Below, piece after piece: positions 45,522 to 54,976 of a DNA stretch of 64,000 nucleotides. The notes beneath the pieces are model-generated. The model saw nothing but the letters and a program-made list of their open reading frames with translations. It ran no database searches and had not been told where the DNA came from. The stretch's first letter is position 1; each line of letters starts with the position of its first letter. A program made the translations under genes and the position numbers. The DNA is from Minisyncoccia bacterium (GTDB lineage Bacteria; Patescibacteriota; Minisyncoccia; Phycocordibacterales; CAJBRS01): positions 54,042 to 118,041 of the forward strand of contig JBBQRF010000001.1 of assembly GCA_038215155.1 (NCBI GenBank), read 5' to 3'.

Positions 45522-46832
45522 TTAAGGGTTTACCGTTTCCACCTTGATACTGGCCGCTTTACTAGGAAACGACCAGCGCCAGAAAGGCTTAAAGACTACC
45601 TCGGCTTTTTTAATGGAGGCGTAGTTGGCGAGGACTGTGGAAAGATCGCTTCGAGATATACCTTTCAGGTCATTTTTTAACTTATCCACATCCACCACTG
45701 ATACAACAGCTAATTGTCCTTCTAATTTGAAACTGAGCTGGTTGGGAGATTTAGGATCATATCCTTTTGGATCTGTGAAATTAAAGGTTAAATTTTCAAT
45801 TCCTGAAAAACTACTGCTAGCTAAGCTAATAGAAAAAGCATTGGCGAGATATTTAGATATTTGATTTTTGTCCAAGACGACAGCATAGGCGGTGGCACTT
45901 TCTTTTACGGTGACTTTTTTGTCCGTACTAGTGCCATTGCCGAGAGGGGTAAAAATAATTGTTAGAGCATTTGGATAGAGGATAAAGTTATCGGGTTTTT
46001 GGCTGTTGGCTTGCGCGAGTATTTCCGCGCGCAAGTTTGATTCAATTTGTGTTTTAGCAACTGCTAAGTCAGCGGCGGAAACAGTCTTGCGCGTACCGAC
46101 GAAGCCACCGGAGAGTGGAGTTTTGGATCGAGCGTAAAAACCCTGGGCCTTTGGAGTGCCTTGAAAACCAGGAATAGTAAAATCTTTTAAACCAACATTA
46201 TATTCTTCTCCGGGTGCATCGGCATAGAGAGTGGCTTCGGCAGTACCTGGAGTAATTTTTCCATTGACCGTAGCTTGTCCTGGGACTGTAACGTCTTTAT
46301 CTATTCTAAATATCAATCCTTCTGGTGTTTTAAAACGCGTGGTGGCTATCAGAGTTTGAGGTTGGCTATTGTAGTTATTGTAAATAATAATATCTCCTGA
46401 CGCCTTGTCGCTTCCTGTTGTATCACCACTGGAAGGCGCTTCTGCTTTCCCCTCTTTCTCCAAAGTAATAACGGCATAAGGCATTGCTCCGTTCGCTGCA
46501 TTTGGATCGCCAATAATAGTTTGATTGACGTTAACGTTCTGACTGTTGGGTGTAACTTTTACATCAGCCCCGGCAAATAGATAAGAAATACCAAAAAATA
46601 AAAATATAATGGCTATTAGCACTAAAGACCATAGACCCGCTCGGCGGGTGCGGTCATTTCTGGGAGCGCTATCGTCGACTGTCCTATTGACCACCGGAGG
46701 GTCGATCGATCTTTCTGGAGCAGGTGCGGGCGCCGGAGAAACCTCCGCTTTTACTCTTCGCGGCGCAGATAAAGGAATATCTCGAATGGATCTTCTTTGA
46801 GGTGGAGTAATGTCTTGAAATTGATTAGCCAT
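45522..46832 (-). CDS. membrane-anchored hypothetical protein with Pro/Ala-rich cytoplasmic N-terminus
   Basis: 436 aa; single TM (LWSLVLIAIIFLFFGISYLF) after an Arg/Pro-rich N-terminus; large beta-rich extracytoplasmic part. No motif. Confidence 0.5.
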   Translation of the reverse strand: MANQFQDITPPQRRSIRDIPLSAPRRVKAEVSPAPAPAPERSIDPPVVNRTVDDSAPRNDRTRRAGLWSLVLIAIIFLFFGISYLFAGADVKVTPNSQNVNVNQTIIGDPNAANGAMPYAVITLEKEGKAEAPSSGDTTGSDKASGDIIIYNNYNSQPQTLIATTRFKTPEGLIFRIDKDVTVPGQATVNGKITPGTAEATLYADAPGEEYNVGLKDFTIPGFQGTPKAQGFYARSKTPLSGGFVGTRKTVSAADLAVAKTQIESNLRAEILAQANSQKPDNFILYPNALTIIFTPLGNGTSTDKKVTVKESATAYAVVLDKNQISKYLANAFSISLASSSFSGIENLTFNFTDPKGYDPKSPNQLSFKLEGQLAVVSVVDVDKLKNDLKGISRSDLSTVLANYASIKKAEVVFKPFWRWSFPSKAASIKVETVNP

Positions 46833-46845
46833 AACTTATTTAATA

Positions 46846-48009
46846 TTAACCTAACTTGTTCGGCTTAAAAAGGGTTTGCTGCACAAAAATGCCAATACTC
46901 GCTAAGGACGAATCGAGTTGTTTTTTATTAAAATCGATGAATTCTACGAAATCCAGGGCGGAAACGACCCGTACATTACTTGAATTCGCCCCAAAAGAAA
47001 ATTGACTGAGATCTTCTCGTTTAAAGATGTTGGAGAAAAGGGACTCCATTTGGTTTTGGCTAATAAGATACGATGAAGTCGGCAAAGAAACCCCTCCCGA
47101 AAGTACCGTAAGGGCAGAGGTTAAGTTTTGCTGCCATTCTTTTTCAAATTCAGAAATAATTTTTACGATTTTCTCATTTATACCTTTTTCTACATTTCCT
47201 TGTTTGTAAAGTTTTATTAAAGAGGCGGCCACTGCTGGGCTAACTCTCATATCACCTTGCATTAGATCTAATAACTTTGAAAAACCGATGGGTACCGAAA
47301 TGGTCTCGTGCAAAACATTTTTCTTTATTAGTGAAATTTCCGTCACTAACCCCGTAACGTTTAACAATAGAAAGTCATTTGCTTCTTTTAAAACGTCGCG
47401 AATGGCTACAAAAGAAACGAGTGCCAGGGTGTTGATGTGGACTCGCTGATATGGCAGGTGGGTTGAAATATTTTTTTGAAGAGCATTTATAAATCTTTTC
47501 TCGCCAAAACTTTGGACGACAGAAATATTTATGGTGTTTGCTTTCTTATTTAACGGCGCAGCGGTAACATATCCATTCAAGGAAATATCAATTATTTTAT
47601 TTTCCAATAATACGAGTTCCTCTGGATAATTTTTAAGGTTCTCTTTTTCACCGTTTGACAGCAGACTTTCAATTGTCTCTTCTTTTACGGTAAGGGGCTG
47701 TTCCGATGTCGTCTTAAAGGTCTTAGTCCAAGAATGATACCAGGGTGAAGCCACCACAACGAAAATATCGCTTATTTTGTGAGGATCAAGTTGATTCTCC
47801 TGGAGGTGTTTAGCCATTTTCTGGGTAATCTTGTCCAGGCGACGCAGGATTGCGCCCTCAAGCTCCACCTTTCCGAGGTTGGAATCGGCCGTCAGCTCTT
47901 CTATTTCTATATTTAATATTTTAGGAACTTCTAAATAAGGATAAGTTACTAAGGCACTTTTCACTAAACTGTCGCCAATATAAAAGAGAAGAGCGTGCCT
48001 ATCATTCAT
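46846..48009 (-). CDS. actin-like (ASKHA-fold) ATPase-domain protein, FtsA/PilM-like (tentative)
   Basis: 387 aa; N-terminal LLFYIGDSLVKSALV (phosphate-1-like) and LLLNVTGLVTEISLI (phosphate-2/DxG-like). Remote similarity only. Confidence 0.35.
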   Translation of the reverse strand: MNDRHALLFYIGDSLVKSALVTYPYLEVPKILNIEIEELTADSNLGKVELEGAILRRLDKITQKMAKHLQENQLDPHKISDIFVVVASPWYHSWTKTFKTTSEQPLTVKEETIESLLSNGEKENLKNYPEELVLLENKIIDISLNGYVTAAPLNKKANTINISVVQSFGEKRFINALQKNISTHLPYQRVHINTLALVSFVAIRDVLKEANDFLLLNVTGLVTEISLIKKNVLHETISVPIGFSKLLDLMQGDMRVSPAVAASLIKLYKQGNVEKGINEKIVKIISEFEKEWQQNLTSALTVLSGGVSLPTSSYLISQNQMESLFSNIFKREDLSQFSFGANSSNVRVVSALDFVEFIDFNKKQLDSSLASIGIFVQQTLFKPNKLG

Positions 48010-48035
48010 GAGAGTATTATAAACTGCTTAAATTA

Positions 48036-49805
48036 TTAATCCAAGACGGCCTTGATACGGCGCACTCCAGCAGAAACTGCTTCTTCTTTTATAATTTTAA
48101 AATGGCCAAGAACGCCTGTCTCGTTCACGTGTGGTCCTCCACAAAATTCGCGACTAAAGTAGCCGGTGTTTTCGTTGCCAATAGAATAAACTTTTACCGT
48201 TTGGTCATATTTTTCTCCAAAAGCGTGAACGGCGCCGGTTTTTAAAGCCTCTTCCTTAGACATTTCCGTGAAAGAAACTGGTAAATTGGCTTTTATTTTT
48301 TCGTTTACTAGGTTCTCTATTTTTTGTTTTTGCTCCTCTGTTAGTTTTCCTTGATGAGCAAAATCGAAACGTAATCGTTCGGGAGTAATATTACTTCCCT
48401 TTTGCACTATGCCATTTCCTAGCACTTCTCGGAGAGCGGCGTTTAAAAGATGCGTTGCCGTGTGATATTTTAATGATTTTTCGCTAGTGTCGGCGAGGCC
48501 GCCCTTAAATTTTTGGGCGGCGCCTTGGCGAGAAAGTGCTTGATGTTTTTCTAAGGCACTTTTAAAACCAGCGCTGTCGACTGTTAGACCCTTTTCTTTG
48601 GCTAACTCTTCAATCATCTCTAGCGGAAAACCAAAACTGGAGAAAAGAATAAAAGCTTCTTCTGCGGAGATGTGAGTAGTAGTTAGTTTTTCAAATTCGC
48701 GGAGACCCCTTTCCAGGGTATGACGAAATTTCTGCTCCTCCTTATCAATCTCACTTTTAATTAATTCTGCGACGGCTTTTACTTCAGGATAAATATCTTG
48801 ATACATTTCGATTGCAGTTTGGCTAATCCATAAGAGCGAGCCATGCTTCATGGCGAGTTTGTCCGCCTGAAGCATGGCTCGCCGAATTAATCTTCGTAAA
48901 ACATATCCTCGATCGGTGTTAGAGGGCGTGATTCCGTCAGCGATAATAAAAACTGAAGTGCGCAAATGATCTGCCAATATTCTTTTGGCTCTTTCATTAT
49001 CAAGTGTGGTGAATTCATTAATTTTATTTAAAATCGGAAGAAATAAATCGGTAGCAAAAATATTATCAGTTTTTTGAATGACAGTAGCTAATCGTTCCAG
49101 CCCCGCTCCCGTGTCAACGTTTTGCTGACTAAGCTTCCCTACCACCTTTCCATCCTTTTTTAAAAATTGCATAAAAACGTCATTCCAAACCTCAATGATC
49201 TGTTGATCTTTGTCCGCCTTCTGAAATTCTTCCATAGTTAAAATTCCCAGACCTTTCTCTGAAATATCGTAAAACATTTCCGTGTCAGGACCACACGGAC
49301 CATTATCTCCCACGCTCCACCAGTTTGTTTCAGCGCCCATATAATAAATGCGCTCTGCCGGCACTCCCGTATTCTTCCAAATTTCATATGACTCTGTGTC
49401 TTTGGGGGCATTTTCATCTCCTTCAAAAACGGTTATATAAAGTCTCTCTGGATCGAGTGCTAGTCCTTCTTCCTTTGAAGTGAGAAATTCATAGCTCCAT
49501 TTTATCGCGTCTTCTTTAAAGTAATCTCCAAGAGACCAATTACCGAGCATTTCAAAGAAAGTGTCGTGAGTATTATCTCCTACTTCTTCAATATCCTGAG
49601 TGCGCACACACTTTTGAACATTTACTAAACGCTTACCCCTAGGATGTTTTTCACCTAAAAGATATGGCACTAGAGGCTGCATACCCGCCGTGTTAAAGAG
49701 GACTGTAGGATCATTTTCCGGCACCAAAAGTGCGGAAGGCAATATTTTATGTCCCCGTTTTTCGAAAAATTTTAGGAATCGCTCGCGAATTTCAGTGGAT
49801 GTCAT
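48036..49805 (-). CDS. alaS: alanyl-tRNA synthetase (short form lacking C-terminal C-Ala domain)
   Basis: 589 aa; class-II catalytic core (…FFEKRGHKILPSALLVPENDPTVLFNTAGMQP…); editing-domain HxxxH (HTATHLL) and CxxxH (CGGPHV) motifs. Confidence 0.85.
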   Translation of the reverse strand: MTSTEIRERFLKFFEKRGHKILPSALLVPENDPTVLFNTAGMQPLVPYLLGEKHPRGKRLVNVQKCVRTQDIEEVGDNTHDTFFEMLGNWSLGDYFKEDAIKWSYEFLTSKEEGLALDPERLYITVFEGDENAPKDTESYEIWKNTGVPAERIYYMGAETNWWSVGDNGPCGPDTEMFYDISEKGLGILTMEEFQKADKDQQIIEVWNDVFMQFLKKDGKVVGKLSQQNVDTGAGLERLATVIQKTDNIFATDLFLPILNKINEFTTLDNERAKRILADHLRTSVFIIADGITPSNTDRGYVLRRLIRRAMLQADKLAMKHGSLLWISQTAIEMYQDIYPEVKAVAELIKSEIDKEEQKFRHTLERGLREFEKLTTTHISAEEAFILFSSFGFPLEMIEELAKEKGLTVDSAGFKSALEKHQALSRQGAAQKFKGGLADTSEKSLKYHTATHLLNAALREVLGNGIVQKGSNITPERLRFDFAHQGKLTEEQKQKIENLVNEKIKANLPVSFTEMSKEEALKTGAVHAFGEKYDQTVKVYSIGNENTGYFSREFCGGPHVNETGVLGHFKIIKEEAVSAGVRRIKAVLD

Positions 49806-49807
49806 AA

Positions 49808-51043
49808 TTAAAAATTATATTGACCATTCCGGTAAATAACTTTTTGTTTACCGTTCTTTAAGTAAGCCGTGATGATGCGAGGGGTAGTGGTAATTATATC
49901 AGTATGAACAGAGGAACTATTGAAACCTAGCCTTTTCCAGTCAGTTTTGGTGTTTTTGGTGGAATTGCCGGAAAAACAATCGTGATAAGCATTGCCTAAA
50001 GCTAGATGGCTGTTACCATTTGGTCCACCAATATTTTCATCATAAAGGGTTTCGGCCATAAATTTACTAATGCGGGAAAAGCGCTTGTCTGTCATAGAAA
50101 ACTCTCCTATTTTATTGGCGTTTTTAGTGGCAATCATTTGCTTTAATAATTTTTCATTTTTCTTAGCTTTACTTTTTACCACTACTCCATTTTCAAACTC
50201 TAATTCAATACCGGTAATTAAGTTGCCGTATCGGTAAAGCGGCTGATTAAATTTAATCCAGCCATTCGTCCCTCTCCAATCAGGAGAAGTGAATAATTCA
50301 AAGCTGGGAATGTTTCGGCCACTCCCTCCATTCCATCGTCGTTTTTCGCCGATCTTAACCCACAAATCAACATCCTTTCCCAGAACGTGGAGGCGATCGA
50401 TTTCTAGCTTATTGAGTCTTTGACGGTATCGCTCTAAATCTTTAAATACCTCCTTCCATTTTTTGACTGGGTTTTTTTGATCAAGAAAGCAGGCGTTTAT
50501 AATTTCTTGCCAGTATTCTTCTAATGTGAGACCCGCTTCTTTTGCCATTGCTTCAGTACCATAGAGACCAATGGTCCAGGTAAATTTTCCTTTATTTTCT
50601 TTCTCGACAAACCACTCCGAGATTTTTTTTCTATATTCTCCGGCGCGCATGATTTTTTTCGGATCAACTGATGACAGAGCCTTCTTGTCGGTGTTGGCCA
50701 ATATGTGGACATTGTGATCAATTAGCTTTACAAATTCCCTCATAAATTTAGTAGGGGAAAACCGCAGCTGATGTTCCTCGGCGTAATGATAAAAATGATG
50801 TTCGAAACGATTGTCTTCATCGTTTGTGGCAATAAATTGATGGCGAACATGACCACCTTTTTTCCAAACCGCTTTGCATAGCTCTATATATAGAGGTTTC
50901 GCCGCTTCTTGCACTGATAATTGAACTACGTCTCCTTTTTTTATTCCCTTTCCGCTTCCTAAGGCAAAATTAATTAAAACATCTGCATACTTCTCCAAGA
51001 TTTTTTTCGGCGGAACATATTTACTAGATTTTTTATTAGCCAT
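49808..51043 (-). CDS. M29-family aminopeptidase (AmpS/PepS-like)
   Basis: 411 aa; N-terminal YADVLINFALGSGKGIKKGDVVQLS is typical of thermophilic M29 aminopeptidases. Confidence 0.7.
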   Translation of the reverse strand: MANKKSSKYVPPKKILEKYADVLINFALGSGKGIKKGDVVQLSVQEAAKPLYIELCKAVWKKGGHVRHQFIATNDEDNRFEHHFYHYAEEHQLRFSPTKFMREFVKLIDHNVHILANTDKKALSSVDPKKIMRAGEYRKKISEWFVEKENKGKFTWTIGLYGTEAMAKEAGLTLEEYWQEIINACFLDQKNPVKKWKEVFKDLERYRQRLNKLEIDRLHVLGKDVDLWVKIGEKRRWNGGSGRNIPSFELFTSPDWRGTNGWIKFNQPLYRYGNLITGIELEFENGVVVKSKAKKNEKLLKQMIATKNANKIGEFSMTDKRFSRISKFMAETLYDENIGGPNGNSHLALGNAYHDCFSGNSTKNTKTDWKRLGFNSSSVHTDIITTTPRIITAYLKNGKQKVIYRNGQYNF

Positions 51044-51638
51044 ATTTTTTCAAAATCTTAAAATCTTCTTTAAGCACTTCTTTTAGTGATTGGTTATAGA
51101 TAGAGGCGGCGGGATGGTATAGCGGTATGATGTTTATCTTGCCATAAGAAGTCACGGCCTCAAAATTTTTTCCATGCATTTGATTGATCGGCAAAAGTTC
51201 AGACTGGAGACTAAATTTATTCATAATATAAATCATGGAAAATCGACCGAGAGTGGCAATTACCCTTGGCTGAATAATATTAATTTGCCTATCTAGAAAT
51301 GGGCCATAAATTTCAATTTCCTCTGGCTGTGGATCGCGATTTTCTGGAGGGCGGTCCTTTACAATATTGGTAATGTAAACCTCCTCACGTTTCAGGCCTA
51401 TTTCTTCCAGCAGTTTGGTGAGGATTTTGCCGGACGCCCCGACAAAGGGGCGTCCACTCGCCGCCTCCGCCTTTCCTGGTGCCTCGCCAATAAACATAAT
51501 GGCGGCGTCATGATTTCCCTCACCTATCACGGGAAATACTTTATTTTTTATTCGCTCGGAATATAAAGGAGATTTATCTAAAGCCATGACTTCCTCTTTA
51601 ATTTTTTTTAAACCGTCGTCTTTAGCATTTAGGTTCAT
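51036..51638 (-). CDS. uracil-DNA glycosylase, family 4
   Basis: 200 aa; IGEAPGKAEAASGRPFVGASGKIL (GEAPG motif A) and C-terminal HPAA-type motif B (LYHPAAS). Confidence 0.8.
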   Translation of the reverse strand: MNLNAKDDGLKKIKEEVMALDKSPLYSERIKNKVFPVIGEGNHDAAIMFIGEAPGKAEAASGRPFVGASGKILTKLLEEIGLKREEVYITNIVKDRPPENRDPQPEEIEIYGPFLDRQINIIQPRVIATLGRFSMIYIMNKFSLQSELLPINQMHGKNFEAVTSYGKINIIPLYHPAASIYNQSLKEVLKEDFKILKKYG

Positions 51639-51642
51639 ATTT

Positions 51643-52248
51643 TTAAATTAGGGTCGCAAAAGAAAATCCGGGGAACTCTTCCTCTTCTAATTCCCCATCT
51701 TCGTTTTTGTAAATTTTAAAAAGAGACTCTTCTATTGGAATTACCATCGTTCCACCCACGCGCAAGCGATCAGCTATTTCTAGCGGTAGTTCTTCAGCTG
51801 TTGCCGAAACTAAAATTTTATCGAATTGGATAGTGTCGTCGTCATCTTCGGTGTTTATGATACTGGCCTGATGATATTTATAGCTAGCCAAATTTTCTTG
51901 ACCTAATTTCACTAATTCCGGAACAATCTCCAATCCTAAGACACTGCCCTCCGCTCCCACCATATTAGCCATAAGTGCTGTGGTCCAGCCGGAACCTGCT
52001 CCAATATCTAAAACTTCTTCATTTTTCTTGACATCTAAAAGTTCTAGCATGAAAGCCACAATGGTGGGCTGATTAATGGTTTGTCCGTAGCCAATGGGTA
52101 ATGCGTAGTCCTCATAAGCTTCGACCTTATAATCTTCTGCCACAAAATCTGCCCGATCTATTTCTTTAAATGCTCGACTAAGAAGCGGTAGTTCTAAAAC
52201 TTTAATATCACTTCTTAAATGTTCGTATAAATCTTCCCGACTATTCAT
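51643..52248 (-). CDS. pcm: protein-L-isoaspartate O-methyltransferase
   Basis: About 202 aa from ATG 52248 (MNSREDLYEHL...); GYGQTINQPTIVAFMLELLD and VLDIGAGSGWTTALMA SAM motif. The track's N-terminal extension overlaps the upstream gene and is rejected. Confidence 0.82.
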   Translation of the reverse strand: MNSREDLYEHLRSDIKVLELPLLSRAFKEIDRADFVAEDYKVEAYEDYALPIGYGQTINQPTIVAFMLELLDVKKNEEVLDIGAGSGWTTALMANMVGAEGSVLGLEIVPELVKLGQENLASYKYHQASIINTEDDDDTIQFDKILVSATAEELPLEIADRLRVGGTMVIPIEESLFKIYKNEDGELEEEEFPGFSFATLI

Positions 52249-52249
52249 A

Positions 52250-53047
52250 TTAAAATAAACTGGCCTCTTTTGACTCCTGGCTCTCTTTAATTTTAGCCTG
52301 GAATGCCGCAGCGGCCTGGTTGCGATATAGGCAATATCCACAGTCATCATCTGGCTGAGGGGATTTTTCGGATAAAAGTGTAGCTTTAATGTCGTGTAAA
52401 ATTTTCTCGATCCACTTATCAGATCCTTCATACGGAATTAATTTCAGGTCAAATTCTAGCTTTGCATCAAATGCCTTGGCATCGACTTTGCCGTTTACGT
52501 ATACAAAATATGCGGTATTAGAAACCTCAAAACCATTTTGCCTAAATAACCATTGATAGACTTCTACTTGACGCTTGTATCCATCTTGCCACTCTGCATC
52601 AAGATTCACTTCACCTTCCTTGGCTGTCGCTTTATAATCAACAATTAACAATTCTTTATCTGGAGTAATCCAGACGTCATCAATTCCACCTCTGACAAAT
52701 AAATTAGTGGCGGGGTGGAGAAAACCGATACCGCGCGTGAAGGCATCTCGCCATTCTTCCATTTTCTCATGAGGGAAGGGCACTGCATCAAGGCCGTATT
52801 TCTCTACCAAAGGATGTTTAGTACCGTCCGCTCTATGTATATCGAATTCCTTTTTTAAAAGTCTGTCCACTGCAGAATTAAGAGTGAAGGGAAAAGGACG
52901 CGGTCGAGGAACGCCTAAGCGTTGCTCTAAATAAAAACAGCGCGGGCATTCCATGAATAAATCAATCTTAGAACGACTGATTCTGAAGGGTTCACTAGAG
53001 GATGGGTTAAAAAGTTGGCGCTTTTTTTCTTTATTATAGTGACTCAT
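52250..53047 (-). CDS. Cas4/RecB-family PD-(D/E)xK nuclease with Fe-S Cys cluster (stand-alone)
   Basis: 265 aa; N-terminal CPRCFY and C-terminal CGYC (4 Cys, Cas4-like 4Fe-4S arrangement); IVDYK (D/E-x-K) and QVEVYQ (Q-h-x-x-Y) motifs. Confidence 0.65.
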   Translation of the reverse strand: MSHYNKEKKRQLFNPSSSEPFRISRSKIDLFMECPRCFYLEQRLGVPRPRPFPFTLNSAVDRLLKKEFDIHRADGTKHPLVEKYGLDAVPFPHEKMEEWRDAFTRGIGFLHPATNLFVRGGIDDVWITPDKELLIVDYKATAKEGEVNLDAEWQDGYKRQVEVYQWLFRQNGFEVSNTAYFVYVNGKVDAKAFDAKLEFDLKLIPYEGSDKWIEKILHDIKATLLSEKSPQPDDDCGYCLYRNQAAAAFQAKIKESQESKEASLF

Positions 53048-53916
53048 TCGGCTGAGTATAACATGTTTATTTCCTCTAAAATATTACCTAATCTTGCTCC
53101 TTTTATTCCCATCATTTCGAGCCGCTGAGGGTCCTTTCTTAGGTCTTTACAGAGTACCGTTCCTTTAGAAATTAGCTGATTCTTCTCATCGTGAGTCACT
53201 GTGGTAAGACAAGTAATGGGATGTAAATCGCCGTCCTCAATCAATTGTTGAAGATTGCCTTTTTTTGGATAATTCCAGGCAACCATTTTTAATCCCTGAC
53301 ACTCACCGTAGTGAATGGCCGTCTCCGTGAATTTCGTGTTAGTTATAAGCCAACCTTCATCCAGATGCCGATCTTTTCCGTAATGAAAAAGGTTTGCCTT
53401 TAAATCATCGAATCGAGCTTTTACGTATAGGGCCACTTTTACATCCGTTTTGGGAGAAGTTTCATTATGAAATTTTATCTCAGACATAATCAGTTTTTCA
53501 TTGTTCCAAGCGACAACATCCACTTCATGCGGTACGCAACCTCCTAAAACTACTTGATCGGTTAAGGTCTCATATCCGCGAGACTTAAATATTTCGGCAA
53601 TATATCTCTCAAAAGGAAACCCGGTAGGCCCAAGATCGGCAATGGCTTTCTTCATGGAATAACGCACCGCCACCGGACGTCGTAATTTTTTCAGAAATTG
53701 AAAGGCGTGTTCATAAATAGACCGCGTGGTCATGCCGGCTTTTAGTTCTCCCTCAATCTGAGCAAAAACTTGGTCGACTAGCTCTGGAGAAGCCCCGGCC
53801 TCCTTTAATGAAGAGATTAATTTTCGAGGATCAAAGATTTCTCTTTCTCCATTGTTCTTAATAATTTCGATGCCGGTTTTATTCATTTGATTATTATACT
53901 CTGTTTGCTGATTCAA
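53044..53916 (-). CDS. ATP-cone domain fused to Mrr-like restriction-endonuclease-fold domain
   Basis: 290 aa; N-terminal IEIIKNNGEREIFDPRKLISSLKEAGASPELVDQVFAQIE resembles an ATP-cone; C-terminal VPHEVDVVAWNNEKLIMSEIK resembles the Mrr catalytic (D-x-n-E-x-K) core. A 4-nt overlap (ATGA) with the Cas4-like gene. Confidence 0.5.
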   Translation of the reverse strand: MNQQTEYNNQMNKTGIEIIKNNGEREIFDPRKLISSLKEAGASPELVDQVFAQIEGELKAGMTTRSIYEHAFQFLKKLRRPVAVRYSMKKAIADLGPTGFPFERYIAEIFKSRGYETLTDQVVLGGCVPHEVDVVAWNNEKLIMSEIKFHNETSPKTDVKVALYVKARFDDLKANLFHYGKDRHLDEGWLITNTKFTETAIHYGECQGLKMVAWNYPKKGNLQQLIEDGDLHPITCLTTVTHDEKNQLISKGTVLCKDLRKDPQRLEMMGIKGARLGNILEEINMLYSAE

Positions 53917-54976
53917 TTATGCCACCCCCGAGACAGGTTTCGCCATCGTAGATCACCAAGGACTGACCACTGGAAAGGCCCTCCTGAGGATTTTTGAATT
54001 TAATGTGAAAATGCTTGTTTTTTTTGCTTAGAAGTAACGGTTGTTTTTCCTGCCGATAGCGAATGCGGCCTAAAAGAGCCGGCTTAGTTGGCTCTTTTAG
54101 GCCGACCCAATTTACTTCTGTTAAATAGCATTCTTTTGCGGCTAGCTTTTCCCTCTTTATCTGCTCCTTATTTGAAACTATCAGAATATTTTTTGCAATA
54201 TCTTTTTTTATGACGTAATAGGGGCTCGAGTGATTGTTTTTCTTTTTAATCTCAAAACCATGTCGTTGACCAATAGTGTAAAAAAAGGCTCCATCATGTT
54301 GACCGATTACTTCTCTTTTCTCATTCATTACTCTCCCCTTTTTTTCCTTGAGGAAGTTTTTTAAAAAAGTCTTCATCTCAACCTTCCCAATAAAACAAAG
54401 ACCTTGGCTGTCTTTTTTATCAAAATTCGGCAAGTCAAATTTTTTAGCCATTTTTCGTACTTCCAACTTCTCAAAATCGCCTACTGGAAATAAAATATGA
54501 TTAAAGTCTTCTTTCTTCAATGACCACAGAAAATAACTTTGATCTTTTGATTTGTCTCGTCCCTCTAGGAGTTTCCCTCCTTGAATACGAGCGTAGTGAC
54601 CGGTGGCAATAAAATCGGCACCTTTTTTACGCGCCCAATCAAAAAAGGCACCAAACTTAATCTCTTTATTACACATTACGTCAGGATTGGGGGTGCGTCC
54701 TTTTTTATATTCCCTGATCATATAATCTACTACTTCTTTTTTGTACTCTCTCTCTAAATCCAAAGTCAAAAATGGAATCTTCAAATGAGCGGCCACTCGC
54801 ATGGCGTCGCGACGGTCTTCTTTCCAAGTACATTCGACAAAATCCGGCTGCCAGACTTTAATAAAAACACCCGTGACGTCATATCCTCCTTTCTTTAATA
54901 GGGCGGCAGAAACAGACGAGTCTACTCCCCCCGACATCCCTACAAAAACTTTTCTTTTAGAGATACTTCTTAACAT
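53894..54976 (-). CDS. mnmA: tRNA 2-thiouridine(34) synthase
   Basis: 360 aa; VFVGMSGGVDSSVSAALL PP-loop; catalytic Cys region (…NPDVMCNKEIKFGAF…). Confidence 0.9.
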   Translation of the reverse strand: MLRSISKRKVFVGMSGGVDSSVSAALLKKGGYDVTGVFIKVWQPDFVECTWKEDRRDAMRVAAHLKIPFLTLDLEREYKKEVVDYMIREYKKGRTPNPDVMCNKEIKFGAFFDWARKKGADFIATGHYARIQGGKLLEGRDKSKDQSYFLWSLKKEDFNHILFPVGDFEKLEVRKMAKKFDLPNFDKKDSQGLCFIGKVEMKTFLKNFLKEKKGRVMNEKREVIGQHDGAFFYTIGQRHGFEIKKKNNHSSPYYVIKKDIAKNILIVSNKEQIKREKLAAKECYLTEVNWVGLKEPTKPALLGRIRYRQEKQPLLLSKKNKHFHIKFKNPQEGLSSGQSLVIYDGETCLGGGIIESANRV

